Of a stretch of DNA of 64,000 nucleotides, positions 34,901 to 47,900 are shown piece by piece. The position numbers and the translations under genes are program-made. The stretch lies in NCBI GenBank assembly GCA_950097015.1, contig CATNEN010000001.1, forward strand, positions 25,668,001-25,732,000, written 5' to 3'. This DNA is from Macrostomum hystrix (Eukaryota; Animalia; Platyhelminthes). The stretch's first letter is position 1; each line of letters begins with the position of its first letter. The notes under the pieces were generated by a model. The model was given only the letters and a program-made list of their open reading frames with translations, did no database searches and had not been told where the DNA came from.

Positions 34901-37900
34901 AGTTTGTGTTCAGGGGTAGCGTTTAGGGCAATAGTCGATATTCCATCAGAATTTTTTCGTTGAATATCTCGCCTAGGCTACTCTAGACTTGCTTCAGAAG
35001 TTGCACGATAAAAACGTTAATTGGAGCGTTGCTTAAAGGGGCTTGAAAAAGTACTTTTTAATCCAACTATCTTCCCTGCAGACACGAACCAATTCGGAAT
35101 CCGTCTGCGCTTGGGGAGTCTCTGGGAAGCAACTCAAGCTGGGGCGGCGCGGATTCAGCAGTGGCCAGTGTGCGGTGCCATCGAGAGCCCGCTGCTCAAC
35201 CAGCAAGTCTACATTCTGCCGTGCGAGCGTGGCAACAATGTAGGCCGGTACGTGGCGCTCACGCGAAGAGCGGAGATCGGTGCCTTGCGGTTCGCCAGTC
35301 TGCATGTGTACGGCGAAGAATGTAAGTTGTGAATCTGGAATGATCTATTTTCTTGATTGCGTCGTAGATATTGGGCCTAGTTTTCTGGGAGATTCGAACT
35401 CCCGACCTCTCGGTCCCATTTTTGTAAAAATTTAGCATACTCGTAATACAACTGACGGAGTCATCCATCAGTTCAATGCGCTAATTTCAGACTACCAGAC
35501 GAACTACAGGGTCACCAAGCGGCCCGAGTGGCTGCCAATAACGAATAACCCGAAGGACCAATGGTCCCGAGCAAGCTTCTTTGTGAGACTGCAGATCAGC
35601 ACTGTTGACCTGTGGCTGACTGATAAGTTCGGTTACGCTGATGCCGTCAGCAGCGTGAGTCACTAGCGTCAACTGCACAAAGTCCTTCTGAAATTCCAGA
35701 TTGAAGTTTGAATTCTAGAAACGTTAAAATGTTTTATTTCCATTTTTCAGCCGAGATATTCTCTGATCCTTGGCGGGAACGGATCCCAACTCTCGCTTTC
35801 CCGATGCTCCGTCTCGCTTCTCGACGGATCGATTCTCGAGCTTCCAGTCTTGGGAGCTGCGCCACTGGCTGTGGACACTCGTGAATTTATCAGTGTTGCT
35901 GCTGCCTGGTGGCGGAGCGGCAACAGAACTGTGATCCGAGCTGAGTCGATTGCTCACATCTTGGGCTGGTGTGAGGACTCTAACAGCTCGATTCCAATAA
36001 ATCGTGTTGGGTACTCAAGTCTACGCGAGGTTCCATCAGCAGCTCTGGTTGATAGTCCAGAAGTTCGACTGGATGAGAGGAGCTTCAAGAACTTAGCAGC
36101 CGCAAGAACTGGCATTGAGACCAGCAGCAGCGACAGGGACGATCGAGTGTACTTTCAGGTGTGTCCTTTCTGCATTTCGGAGACTGATAGAAGTACGAAT
36201 TGTTTATTCCTGCTTCTTGATGGCTCCCCAGGTCACGCTTAGCCGTCCCGCTCGCCTCGAGTTCTTCTCTATTTCCGGTGGCGTGGAGAGAAACTCGGCT
36301 AATCAAGTTCCGGCCACCATGGTGACGGACTTTATGGTCGCACTGAGCGAGGAGGGTCGGTATTGGCAGTTCCACCGCAGCCAATGGGTGAGTGCCATCA
36401 TGTTGTCTCAGGGGTCGGCAAACTTATTAGCGTACGGGCTACGGTGAGAAAAAAAACGACAGCAGGCCGCATTTTACCATAGGAATATGAGAAAGTGGAG
36501 AGATGAGACACATGATAGATGAGGCAGGGGAGGGATGAGACACGGGAGAGATAAGACACGGGAGAGATGAGACAGGGGAGAGATGAGACAGGGGAGAGAT
36601 GAGACAGGGGAGAGATAAGACAGGGGAGAGATAAGACAGGGGAGAGATGAGACACAGGAGAGATAAGACAGGGGAGAGATGAGACAGGGGAGAGATGAGA
36701 CACGGGAGAGATAAGACAGGGGAGAGATGAGACAGGGGAGAGATGAGACACGGGAGAGATAAGACAGGGGAGAGATGAGACACGGGAGAGATAAGACAGG
36801 GGAGAGATGAGACAGGGGAGAGATGAGACACGGGAGAGATAAGACAGGGGAGAGATGCGACAGAGAAGAGATGCGACAGAGAAGAGATGAGACAGAGAAG
36901 AGATGAAACACAGGAGAGATGAGACAGGATACTGTTCATGTTGGAAGGGGCTACGGACCGGATTTGGCAGCATCGAGGGCCGCATCTGGCCCGCCGGCAG
37001 GAGTTTGCCGGCCGCTATTCTAAACCAATGCACGAGTGAAAACACAAGCGCACACGAAAAACGTTTATGTTCATTTTCGTTTAACAGGTGTTCAAAGGAG
37101 TTCTGAGCCCCAGGCAGGTGGCCAGTTATCTGTTCATTCCAGCTCAGGTCGCTCAGGGGTTCCGCCTTTACCGACTAAAATTCACAAGAAGTCCTGAGCT
37201 TCGACTCGAACTGTTTGGCTGTGTTCTGACCGAAGGTAAGCCAGATTCTGCAACAATGTAAAAAAATAATTTATTAAAGAGTAAGTAGTCATCTCTCCCA
37301 ACAGACTGGGCCTCTTCAAGTCCGATTCTGCTGTCGCAGGGTCAGGCAGTATCCTCTAGCAGCTCCCTGACAGATCCCAACTTAGCTGCAGATGGTGACT
37401 ACAGAAACGACGAGGACAGCCGACGCTGTTACAAGTCTCCGGACGCTCTGATTGGAGGCCAGCCGTTTCACTGGTGGCAGCTCAACCTGGGGGACTTATT
37501 CGACATTCGCAGCATTTTTATCGTCGACATGCTTGAGAGCCGAGGTGCGATCTAACAAATACTTGTGGCTAACAAATACTTGTGGCTAACAAATACTTGT
37601 GGCTAGCAAATACTTGTGGCTAACAAATACTTGTGGCTAGCAAATACTTGTGGCTAGCAAATACTTGTGGCTAACAAATACTTGTGGCTAGCAAATACTT
37701 GTGGCTAACAAATACTTGTGGCTAACAAATACTTGTGGCTAACAAATACTTGTGGCTAGCAAATACTTGTGGCTAACAAATACTTGTGGCTAGCAAATAC
37801 TTGTGGCTAGCAAATACTTGTGGCTAACAAATACTTGTGGCTAACAAATACTTGTGGCTAAGAAATACTTGTGGCTAACAAATACTTGTGGCTAACAAAT

Positions 37901-40900
37901 ACTTGTGGCTAACAAATACTTGTGGCTAACAAATACTTGTGGCTAACAAATACTTGTGGCTAACAAATACTTGTGGCTAGCAAATACTTGTGGCTAGCAA
38001 ATACTTGTGGCTAACAAATACTTGTGGCTAACAAATACTTGTGGCTAAGAAATACTTGTGGCTAACAAATACTTGTGGCTAACAAATACTTGTGGCTAAC
38101 AAATACTTGTGGCTAACAAATACTTGTGGCTAGCAAATACTTGTGGCTAACAAATACTTGTGGCTAACAAATACTTGTGGCTAACAAATACTTGTGGCTT
38201 CAGGGCACAAACACGTGCTAAATATTATTCATTCATTATTATAGCGCTAGTGCTGCTGCAAAAGGAGGATCTCCAGTTCGCCGAAGTGTTTGTTAGCAAT
38301 GGCTCGAACGCATCGACTCAAGTTATTCGAGCATGGACCAGCGGCTTCATGACCAATCACACCTGGTTGATTGAAACCTCAGTTGTGAGCTATGCAGTCA
38401 GCAACACATGTGCTGATTTCGGAATCTCATTTTAAACCTTTAAACTTGACAGTCTTTCAATCGTTAATCCAATCAGCTTAGCATACTTTCAGGTTGCTTC
38501 AGTGGCTGGAATAAGAAAGAGCTCGAGCTTAGGACGCCTGGCACTGTGCGAATTTGAGATCTACGGATTTCCAGTAGTTGGTACGTCACAACGGAATACT
38601 GTCGCTTCCCGACTATGAAAAGTCATGGATGATGTACACACCAGAGTATGAGCATGTATTGTCCAGAGTATTGTCTCTGTTCGCGTCTGAGTGCTCAAAG
38701 CAAGCGTGTCATCGTGCTCACTGACCACTCGAAATAATTGACAAACATTTTAGACGGTAGGCATTGGATTAACTCTGCCCTAGAGCTGGAGACATCATTA
38801 GTATCAGCAACCCAGCTCACCATCGACCGCGCTACCCGGTGTGCTAAGTCTTCCCTCTGTGTGGCGCCCTTCATGGCCGCTCTGAAAAGACGCCCGACTG
38901 CAGGCTTGCCACCAGCGGCTCTGCTGGATCTGGCGGGTGAGCTGCTTCTAGAGCTAAACTGAAACAGAGAACTCCTTGAACTAAGTGAAGCATGATTCCA
39001 CCAGCTCCAAATGCCCTTCACTGCAGGTGGCTACTGGCTTGAGGTTTGGCTTGATGTAGCGCACAGAATCACGGGACTGGTGATGCAGGGCTCAGGAGTG
39101 CTCGACTCTGGCGTGGGTAGCAACGCATACGTGAGCCGACTCATGCTTGCTTACTCAAGAACAAGACCAGGAGTCTTTGTTAACTGCACACAGATATCTG
39201 ACGGTGTTTTAAAAAACGTGAGTAAAAAAAGAATGCATAGAGTGAGCAATGAAGAACGTGCTAAGGCCTCAAAATTTGCCTTTAGACCGAGCTCATCAAC
39301 AGTTTCAACGAGGAGTTTCCTCAGAGAATCCTATTAAAGAGGCCTTTTGTGGCCAAAGCAGTTCGTTTGGTGCCATTGCAAGCTTTCAGCAGCCCTTTGT
39401 TGAGGCTGGAGCTGCTCGGATTCCCAGCAGGTAAATTTTTCAGTCAAAAACTTCTGATTACATATAAAAATTATAACAAAAAACTATTGTTTCACTTAGA
39501 CTGCGGACTGATCAACGAAACCACAGTGCAAGTGAGCTTTGAGAACCAATCATCCTTGCGAATCAAGTTAAAGTTTCCTCACTTTGTCACAGCTATTGGG
39601 CTGAACTTAGCCCGTGTGAACTTTTCTGTAAGCTTCTTCAACTTTTGCAAAAACGGAATCGAACTTCTGACTGTCCATGAAAGAAGAGTTGTGAGTTTCG
39701 ACTTACCTGTTTCTTAAATATAACATGAACATTCTAAATACTTGTAGTTTAATGAGATAAATACCTGGTATTATTCTCTTAGGTAATGAGTTCATCTACG
39801 TCATTGCTACCAAAACTAATTCGAACTAACGAGTTGTTGCTTAATTTGCTAAGCAATTCATCGGTGTCTTCTGAGCTCAAAGTTCATATACGTGGCTGCA
39901 TTATGACAGGTGGGCAAATGTTTTTTTGATGTCATATAGCTTCTTGAATTTGGTAGTGCGAACAGCTGCGACTTGGCTCGATTCGCTCTCATACCCCTCG
40001 GAGTTTGAATCGTGCCTACCACCCATCGCTATTAATGTTCTTTATCTATCACCCTCTGTTACCCTGTTCTAGCCAATCAAAAGAGCCCAAGAAATCCTGT
40101 ACTCTCTCTCATTCTCTGCTACCATGCGCTATCGAATCAAAAGCGCCCGAGAAGAAATCCTGTGCTCTCTCTCACCCTCTGTTACCTTGTGCTAGCCAAT
40201 CAGAAGCGCCCCAGTAAATGATCCATGGTGCGATCTATAAAAAATTATTACAGATAGAAAACAGCTGGCTGAGGGGTCGAGAAAATACTCGCCTGAGTCG
40301 AACCTAAAACCTCGTTGCAACAAAAAGTCTTTCTTGTTATTCCAGAGTGCCCGATTGGATCATTCCGTCACGGCACAAAATGCTACTGGGGACCGTTCGC
40401 TACTAACAGTAGCATATACGTGCACACTCTCGCGTCACGAGGAGTGGCAAGAACAATTTGCGAGTCTCTGAACTGGAACGGTACAGGACATTTGGCAGCG
40501 ATGAGGACTGAGTTGGAGAGGACTGTGTTGATGGCCATTGTGGAGCAGCTAAACACGACATAGTGAGGAAAGCCTTTATTTATTTATATTATTTAGCTTG
40601 GCGAAATCGATTTTCTTAAGCAATTATCTGAATTTGAAAACCACCGAACAGCTCTCCTGCTGGACTCGTACACATCGATGGTCAGTTTAACGCTAACAGA
40701 AGCCGGTACGAGTGGTGGGACGGCAGTCCCGTCCTATGGAACAACTGGGAAGCGGGCGAGGTGCGAAATGCTTGCCTGACGCTTAACTCTCGCGCCAGGT
40801 GGATGGATATCGGCTGTGATCTGGAGAATGAGACACATCCCTTCCTGTGCGAGGTCGGGGCGGTCGACCTGTCGGGTGCGTCAGAATCGAATGTATTAAC

Positions 40901-41896
40901 TCAATGTGCTCTTTCACGAAAACATTTCATCTTCTCATGAATTTCTACAAGGTGCCGGGATTTGCACGAAGAAGATCAACACCAGGCCACTGCCTGTCTC
41001 CCAGCTGACTGGCCTGCATAGCTTCCTGCCAGACCAGCCTCACATGCTGGCCCTGGCTCAGTGTCAAGAGAATCGTACTGTGAACTGTACCACCGTGGCG
41101 AGCCTCAACCCGGCAGTGCTCTCCTCTGCAGTTGTCGGGCAGCACAACTCGACAGCGCCATCTAGACTGGTGCTGCAGTGGCTCTGCTATGGTGAGCTCT
41201 AAAGCAGGGCTGACGAGTTTGACACGTCACTGAGTTTTAATCAATGGCGTCGCCCATAGAGGGCCAGACCACAAGTGATAGTGAAGGTGTGAACTGTTGG
41301 ACGATGAAAAAGTCAGGGCAGATGTACAGAGATGTGGGGGCTTGAACCTGCCTAACGTGACGTGCGTGTGCTCAGGAGCCAGCAGAATTGGCAGAGTTGC
41401 CCAGCGCATTGTTGAGCATCCCTTTTGCTGTTCCGAAGCTCAAATGAGCAACCAAACTTTAACCACCAGACTCCGGGTGCGACACAGCCCTCACACCTGG
41501 CATCGAGGGTCAGCTTAGTCCAGCTCGATGGAGCTCGAAGTCCAGTTTTGGAGATCAGGTGGCGAGTAAGGCTTCTTTCGCATTTCGTGAGTTCCAATTT
41601 TTCTTTTGCATTTTAAATACGATATTCTAATGACTTCACAATGGGTTCTAACTTTAAAAGTACACTTTTTCTTCATCAGCACCCAGCTTGGACGGCTCAA
41701 GTTCATTTCGATCGGGCAGCGCAGAGATCACAGAGTGGCTGATGGTCTCATTTGAGAAGCCCGTATTTGTTCAACAACTGCTGCTGTCTGGCTCACCATG
41801 CAATGCTGCAGTGCAAGATGCTGTGTTTAAGTACATTTTATTTAATTCGACGAACTGCCAACAATGGAATTTCTACCACACCGTGAGTTCTAGTAA

Positions 41897-41927
<31 letters not shown>

Positions 41928-44900
41928 TGGAAGGTGGGCTGAAGGCCATGGTATATCATTTGGTGACACTAGACCCGCAGCCAGCGAGGAGGCCATTTCG
42001 CTGACTCCTGAGCACACACGCACACAGATACCGTACGCAGGCCCACACTCACACAGGTGTGTACATCTGCTCTGACTTTCTCATCGTCAGGCACTGTACA
42101 CTTTCACTGTGCCTCGGAGGTTGGCCCTCAAGGGCGTAAATCGCATGACAGGCCGCCAAGCCTTCTCTCCGCGGCTGCGCCCCAAATGAATGTGGCCTCG
42201 CCGCGGAATCGAACCTAGGGACGTTGTAGCGAGAGGCAAACACGTTGTGAGTGTCTAGGGTCAGTATACCCCGTGAGTTCTAGTAACTTCGGTGTTTCAT
42301 TGGCTAGAAAAACTGTCCAAGTGCATTCCTTGATTGCAGGTTCTGTTTGGCCAACTAAACTACCCAGACCAGTGCGACACCGCCGCCACAGAAACATTAG
42401 CGCCCTCGGTCTTCGGCCTCCACTTCCGGCTTTATGGCGTGGAGAATCGTGACCGACTCGCTGGCAAACTGGAGCTACTCGGCTGTCTGGCAGACGGTGG
42501 CGCATTTCTAGATTGGCCCGTGTTGGAGATTTTGCCGCATCAGGTGACGTCACTTCAGCGAGGTGACTCCGCAGAAGCCGCACTGGAGAGCCTGCAAGCT
42601 GCATGGCTACCAATAACCCGGCGTCATGTGGCATCGTACCCAGCTTCAGGAGCAGGATTCTGGGCTCCGGTTGGAAGTCGACTGACGATCAGCTTTGCCA
42701 TTCCGCACCGACTGTTTGCAGTCGCAACTCGGGGCAACGCATCCAACTACGTCAGAAACTTTAGTGTGGCATGCAGCATCTCGAACCTCAGTCCGTTGGT
42801 TTCAGTGGCCCTGCTGCCTTCCTCCGATAAGCTGCTGCTCGGCGTGCTGGGCTCCGAACTGTCCATTCGGCAGGACTTTCTAGGGCCTGTTGAGGCCAGG
42901 CACATTGCATTAACACCACTGGCTTATGTGGGTAAACCGGTGCTAAGGCTCGACATTCTAGGATTTCCATTAGGTAAGCAGCTGTTGTTGATTCAGGTTC
43001 AATTAATTTAACTAAAATCGAATTAAAAACCGAAAGGTATAAAAATATGCGATCATCCAATCTCTTTAGAGTGTCCTGTGATTTCACCTGCTGATCAGAC
43101 TTTGGTAGCTTCGAACCATAGTAGCTGGAGCTTCCAGTTCAAGAAGCTCTTCCATCTAACAAACCTGACTTTTAAAGCCGACAACTGTTCAGCACCTGAG
43201 ACATTGGTTGTGTCTTGGGGTGGACTCTGGAGTTCTGGTTGGGACCTGACGATGGTAAAGACTGAAAGCATTTATACTCGTACACGTTTATGGAAGCAGA
43301 TCTGAGATTTGCAGACACAGAATCGCTCAACTTATACATCCCTCAGAATTTTAACATCAGCAATGGAGTAAAAAGCATATGGCTGAACTCAAGTCTTCCA
43401 ACAGTGAAGGCTTCACTGGTGGCCGTTAACGGTGCATGCACAATATCAAGGCTGCAGTTGCACGGCTGCCAAACTGAAGGCAAGTTTACTTAGTTGCTTA
43501 GGTTTTTCGTGACAGCATAAGAGGTTGAGACAGTTCTGTCCATTCAGCTATTTGAGCACATTGAAAGACAGATCCAGGGGTGCAAAAATGTCTTTAAATG
43601 ATAACTGAACTCATAGGCATCGCACCAACTCACTATTTTGTTTGGGTGTTAGTGCTGTTGGTTTAGTGATGTGGGTTAGTGCTAGGGGTTCATGCTGGGG
43701 ATAGTGATGGGGTCGGTGATGGAGTTAGTGATGGGGGTTATTGATGTTTAGTTAGTGATGGGGGTTAGTGATGTGGGTTGGTGATGGGGGTTAGTGATGT
43801 GGGTTGGTGATGGGGGTTAGTGATGTGAGTTGGTAATGTTTAGTTAGTGATGGGGGTTGATGATGGGGGTTAGTGATGTTTGGTTAGTGATGGGGGTTAG
43901 TGATGGGGGTTCATGCTGGGGATAGTGATGGGGTCGGTGATGGAGTTAGTGATGGGGGTTATTGATGTTTAGTTAGTGATGGGGGTTAGTGATGTGGGTT
44001 GGTGATGGGGGTTAGTGATGTGAGTTGGTAATGTTTAGTTAGTGATGGGGGTTGATGATGGGGGTTAGTGATGTTTGGTTAGTGATGGGGGTTGGTGATG
44101 GGGGTTGATGATGGGGGTTATTGATGTTTGGTTAGTGATGGGGGTTAGTGACGTTTGGTTAGCGATGTGGGTTAGTGACGTTTGGTTAGTGATGTGGGTT
44201 AGTGATGTTCGGTTAGCGATGGGATTAGTGATGAGGGTTAGTGATGAGGGTTAGTGGTGGAGGTTAGTGATGCGGGTTAGTGATGTTTGGTTAGTGATGG
44301 GGGTTAGTGACGTTTGGTTAGTGATGTGGGTTAGTGATGTTCGGTTAGTGATTTGGGTTAGTGATGTCTGGTTAGTGATGTTCGGTTAGCGATGGGATTA
44401 GTGATGAGGGTTAGTGATGAGGGTTAGTGGTGGAGGTTAGTGATGTGGGTTAGTGATGTTTGGTTAGTGATGGGGGTTAGTGACGTTTGGTTAGTGATGT
44501 GGGTTAGTGATGGGGGTTAGTGGTGGAGGTTAGTGATGTGGGTTAGTGATGGTGGTTAGTGATGTTTGGTTAGTGATGGGAGTTAGTGATGGGGGTTGGT
44601 GATGGGGGTTGGTGCTTTTGGTGAGTACAGGTGAAAATGTCTAATTGCGAGCGTACGGCGCTTCGCACTCATCCAAAACCCTGCAGAGTGCCCAGTTAAC
44701 TACATGTACTTTAGAGGGCGTTGCCTTCTACCTTATTCGGATTCGGCAAGTGCTCGAGGGTTTGCAAAGGCTCTCTGCTCGGATGTCGCCTGGCCAAGCG
44801 TAGGACGAATTTTTCACCCAACTGACTATCGAGACTATGCAGCCATGAAGATTGCATTTGTGCAGTGGGCTCGGTGAGAGGACAAGATTTTCAAACTTTG

Positions 44901-47900
44901 AATCCGAATTAGAAAACAAGAATGCTATGAATAAATCTGAAACACAATGCACAGCAGGCACCAGCCAGATGCGAGTCCTGACCTGTTCAGCGTTCATTTG
45001 AGAGCTCGGAGGAGAAACAGCAGCAGCTCAGAGTGGGTAGATGAACTAGCAGGATCTCAGCTTCCTTGGCAGCAGTGGGCTGTCGGAAGCCCAAAGACTG
45101 AGCACGAGTGCGCGACTTCCTCTCTGAGAGCTGAGAACTGGGCGTCCTCAGCTTGCAACTCGACCGCTTTCACGATTTGCGAAGTACCTAGCGGTAAGCA
45201 GAAGTCTCTGACAGTGTGTTGGTTCACCTGAACTTAATAACTGCTTGTCAGTTCCAAATTTTAGAGGTTCCTTATTGGGTCCGGATTACAGTACCAATAC
45301 ACGGGGCCTTGCTGGCCCACGTTGGGTCGCACCCACGTGGCCGGCACACGTACTGTAGTGTCGACCACCTTCAGCAAGGCGTCAGGATGCAGGAGCTGCG
45401 ACTTACTTTAGTTGCGACTGAGTTGGCGAATCTGACTGGCAGTGTATTTTGTTAATGTGCGGGTAGGTTGTAGGTCTAGAGTCAATAGAAATGCATGGGC
45501 TTACGTCGCTGTAGAGGTTTACTCCCGATTCGCCAAAATTCCCGATTCGCCGAAATTCCTGACTCGAATCCTGATTCGCTGAATCCGGATTCAATACATC
45601 TTACTTTATCATAAATTATAATTAAACCTCATAACTATTGCCCTCTTTGAGTGTTGGTCAAATATTGGAACTCTATTTCTATTGTATTGAAATTATTTAA
45701 AAAACTAACTTAAATGAAATGCACTTTCTTCATTCATTAACTTGTAAACTTGCTTCTAAACTTTATTAACTTTCTGGAACGTAGATTGAGTGAGCAAAAA
45801 AGAACATCACACGTACTTCGGAAAAAGCAAAACTTGCTGGAAATCCTAGTAGAGCCGAAAGTAAAAGTGTAATGAGGTACGGTAGCTCAGCAAAAAATGT
45901 TCTTAGCAATTTTTTGGGCAAAGAGGGAATTCGGCGAATCAGGAATCGGCGAATCGGGAATTTCGGCGAATCGGGATTCGGCGAATCAGGAATTCGGCGA
46001 ATCGAGATTCGGCGAGTCGGGAATAGGCGAATCGGGATTCGGCGAATCAGGAATTCGGCGAATCGAGATTCGGCGAGTCGGGAATAGGCGAATCGGGATT
46101 CGGCGAATCGGGAGTAAACCGCTGTAGAGTGGAAAAAAGGGGGCGATTGAGCAACCCCCCAGAGCGGCTCATCTGAGGCCGGGGGAGGCACCCAAACCCA
46201 CCCACGACCCCCGCTGCACCACCCCAAACCAGCCCCCCACTGGCCAATCACGGCGCAGCTGGGGGAAAGGGCAGCCCGGGGCGAGTGCGAGACAGGGCGG
46301 CCCAGCCAATCAGCGCGCATCAAAACAACTAAGGCTGATAAGATAACCAGACAGGTCTTTTGTCCTCTGCGTACCGTTTACCGCGAGTGGGGCAAGGACA
46401 CAACAACAATAACAATTAATTTCAGTCTTGAGGCTGGCCCGTCAGTGCTCACAGCCCGTCTACAATGTGCTGTACAACGCCACTGTCTCAGAGACAGCGT
46501 CGCCCGAGAAGACAGTCAGTTTCGACCTGCCACAGGCCATTGTTTCCTGTCAGATGGATCCGGTCGTTTGTCGTTCTCTGCAGGCGGCACCGGATTCCGG
46601 AATCTTGCTTGCTGGCGAATACTTAGGACAGAACAGCAGCAGCTTGCTTGGCAATCGGACTTTCTTGATTGAGCAGCTGTGCTTTGGTAAGAAAATCCAT
46701 TTGATTCATAACTATTCTGTTTTACTCATATTCGCCTTCGTTTGCAGATTTTTGCCCGCAAACGGACCTGTTGGGTGCTGGAATCGCTCAAGTCACAATA
46801 AAATCTGGAGGCCCAGTTTCCATTGCTCCCACATCTCAAATTAGGCTCACACAGCCTGCCGCGGCTTTGGAAGCTAGAATCGATGCGGTGGAGTTCTCGG
46901 TAGGTTGGACTTGAATTCGAGAGCATGGAGCAATGGGGAAACCTGCAACTGAGCCGCCAAAATTCTTCACACAGATTCAGTTCAGCCAGCCAGTTCTCCT
47001 TTTCGGAGCGGCCGTAATGGGACCTGGTCTCAGGATTCTGAACCCGGGTGGACAGCCGAAAAGCTTCTTTGAGTTGTCGGTGAACATTGACGATGAGAGT
47101 ACAGGGATGATTGTCAGCGAGAAAGTGTTGCTTGATAAGGTGAGATTTCTTATTAAAAAATGGTCTGTCCCCAAAGATCCAAAATACGTATTAGAGCGTT
47201 TGTTTCAAGTCCATGGCAGTAGTTGTAACCATGTATTAACTGATTTTGAACTTCAGTTTTCATCGCTGGATGTTCAGGGACAGCCTTATCTCAAGAAATT
47301 TCGCCGCATCTTGGTCAGTCGCCTAATCCGAATCGCGCCGGAGCCTACAGTTGCCATCAAGCTGGAGCTGTTCGGATGTGTCCTTGATCCAGGCGCCATC
47401 AGTTGTGCGAATAGAACTGGGCTCATTGTCCAATCACGCTACCTGCGTTGTCATGGAAACTGGCTTGTAGTGTACTGGAATTTCGACTCAGCATTCCGCA
47501 TGAATCGGTCAAGCCTGCGATACTCTGGCGGCTTCTGGAGCAGCCAAATCGGCGCGAAAGAATCCAACGCGTCTTGGTCCGGTTTGTCTACAATGTCCCT
47601 GTTGTCTCTGTTGTCTCGTTGGAGCCTCAGGGTCGACGCCTGGCTTCAGAGCGGTCTCTTTCGGTACTCGGAGTGTTTGAGTTTCCGATTGTCGCAGGAG
47701 GTTGATGGCTTCACCGTCAGAGTCAGTGACTGTGGCGGTGGCGACTTCAACGGGACCGCAATGCAGGCACTAAACGGCAGCAGATTCTCAACAAGCGACT
47801 CCGGTGATAGAGCTGACGCAGCCATTGCAGGAGGCAGCGGTTGGTGGTTTTCACCCGATGCTTCGTCTTTGAAGTTGACTGGATCTGGCTTAGCTGGGAC

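Noticed and set aside
43645-44615. True or interstitial telomere
   Set aside because: Unit is GGTTAGTGATG-based, not tandem TTAGGG, and lies inside an intron
46140-46400. CCAAT-box promoter that would start a separate polycystin gene (similar CCAAT repeats at 40050-40215)
   Set aside because: Looks like repeat-element debris in an intron, and the next exon (46426) has an acceptor with no signal peptide; not fully excluded without TSS data
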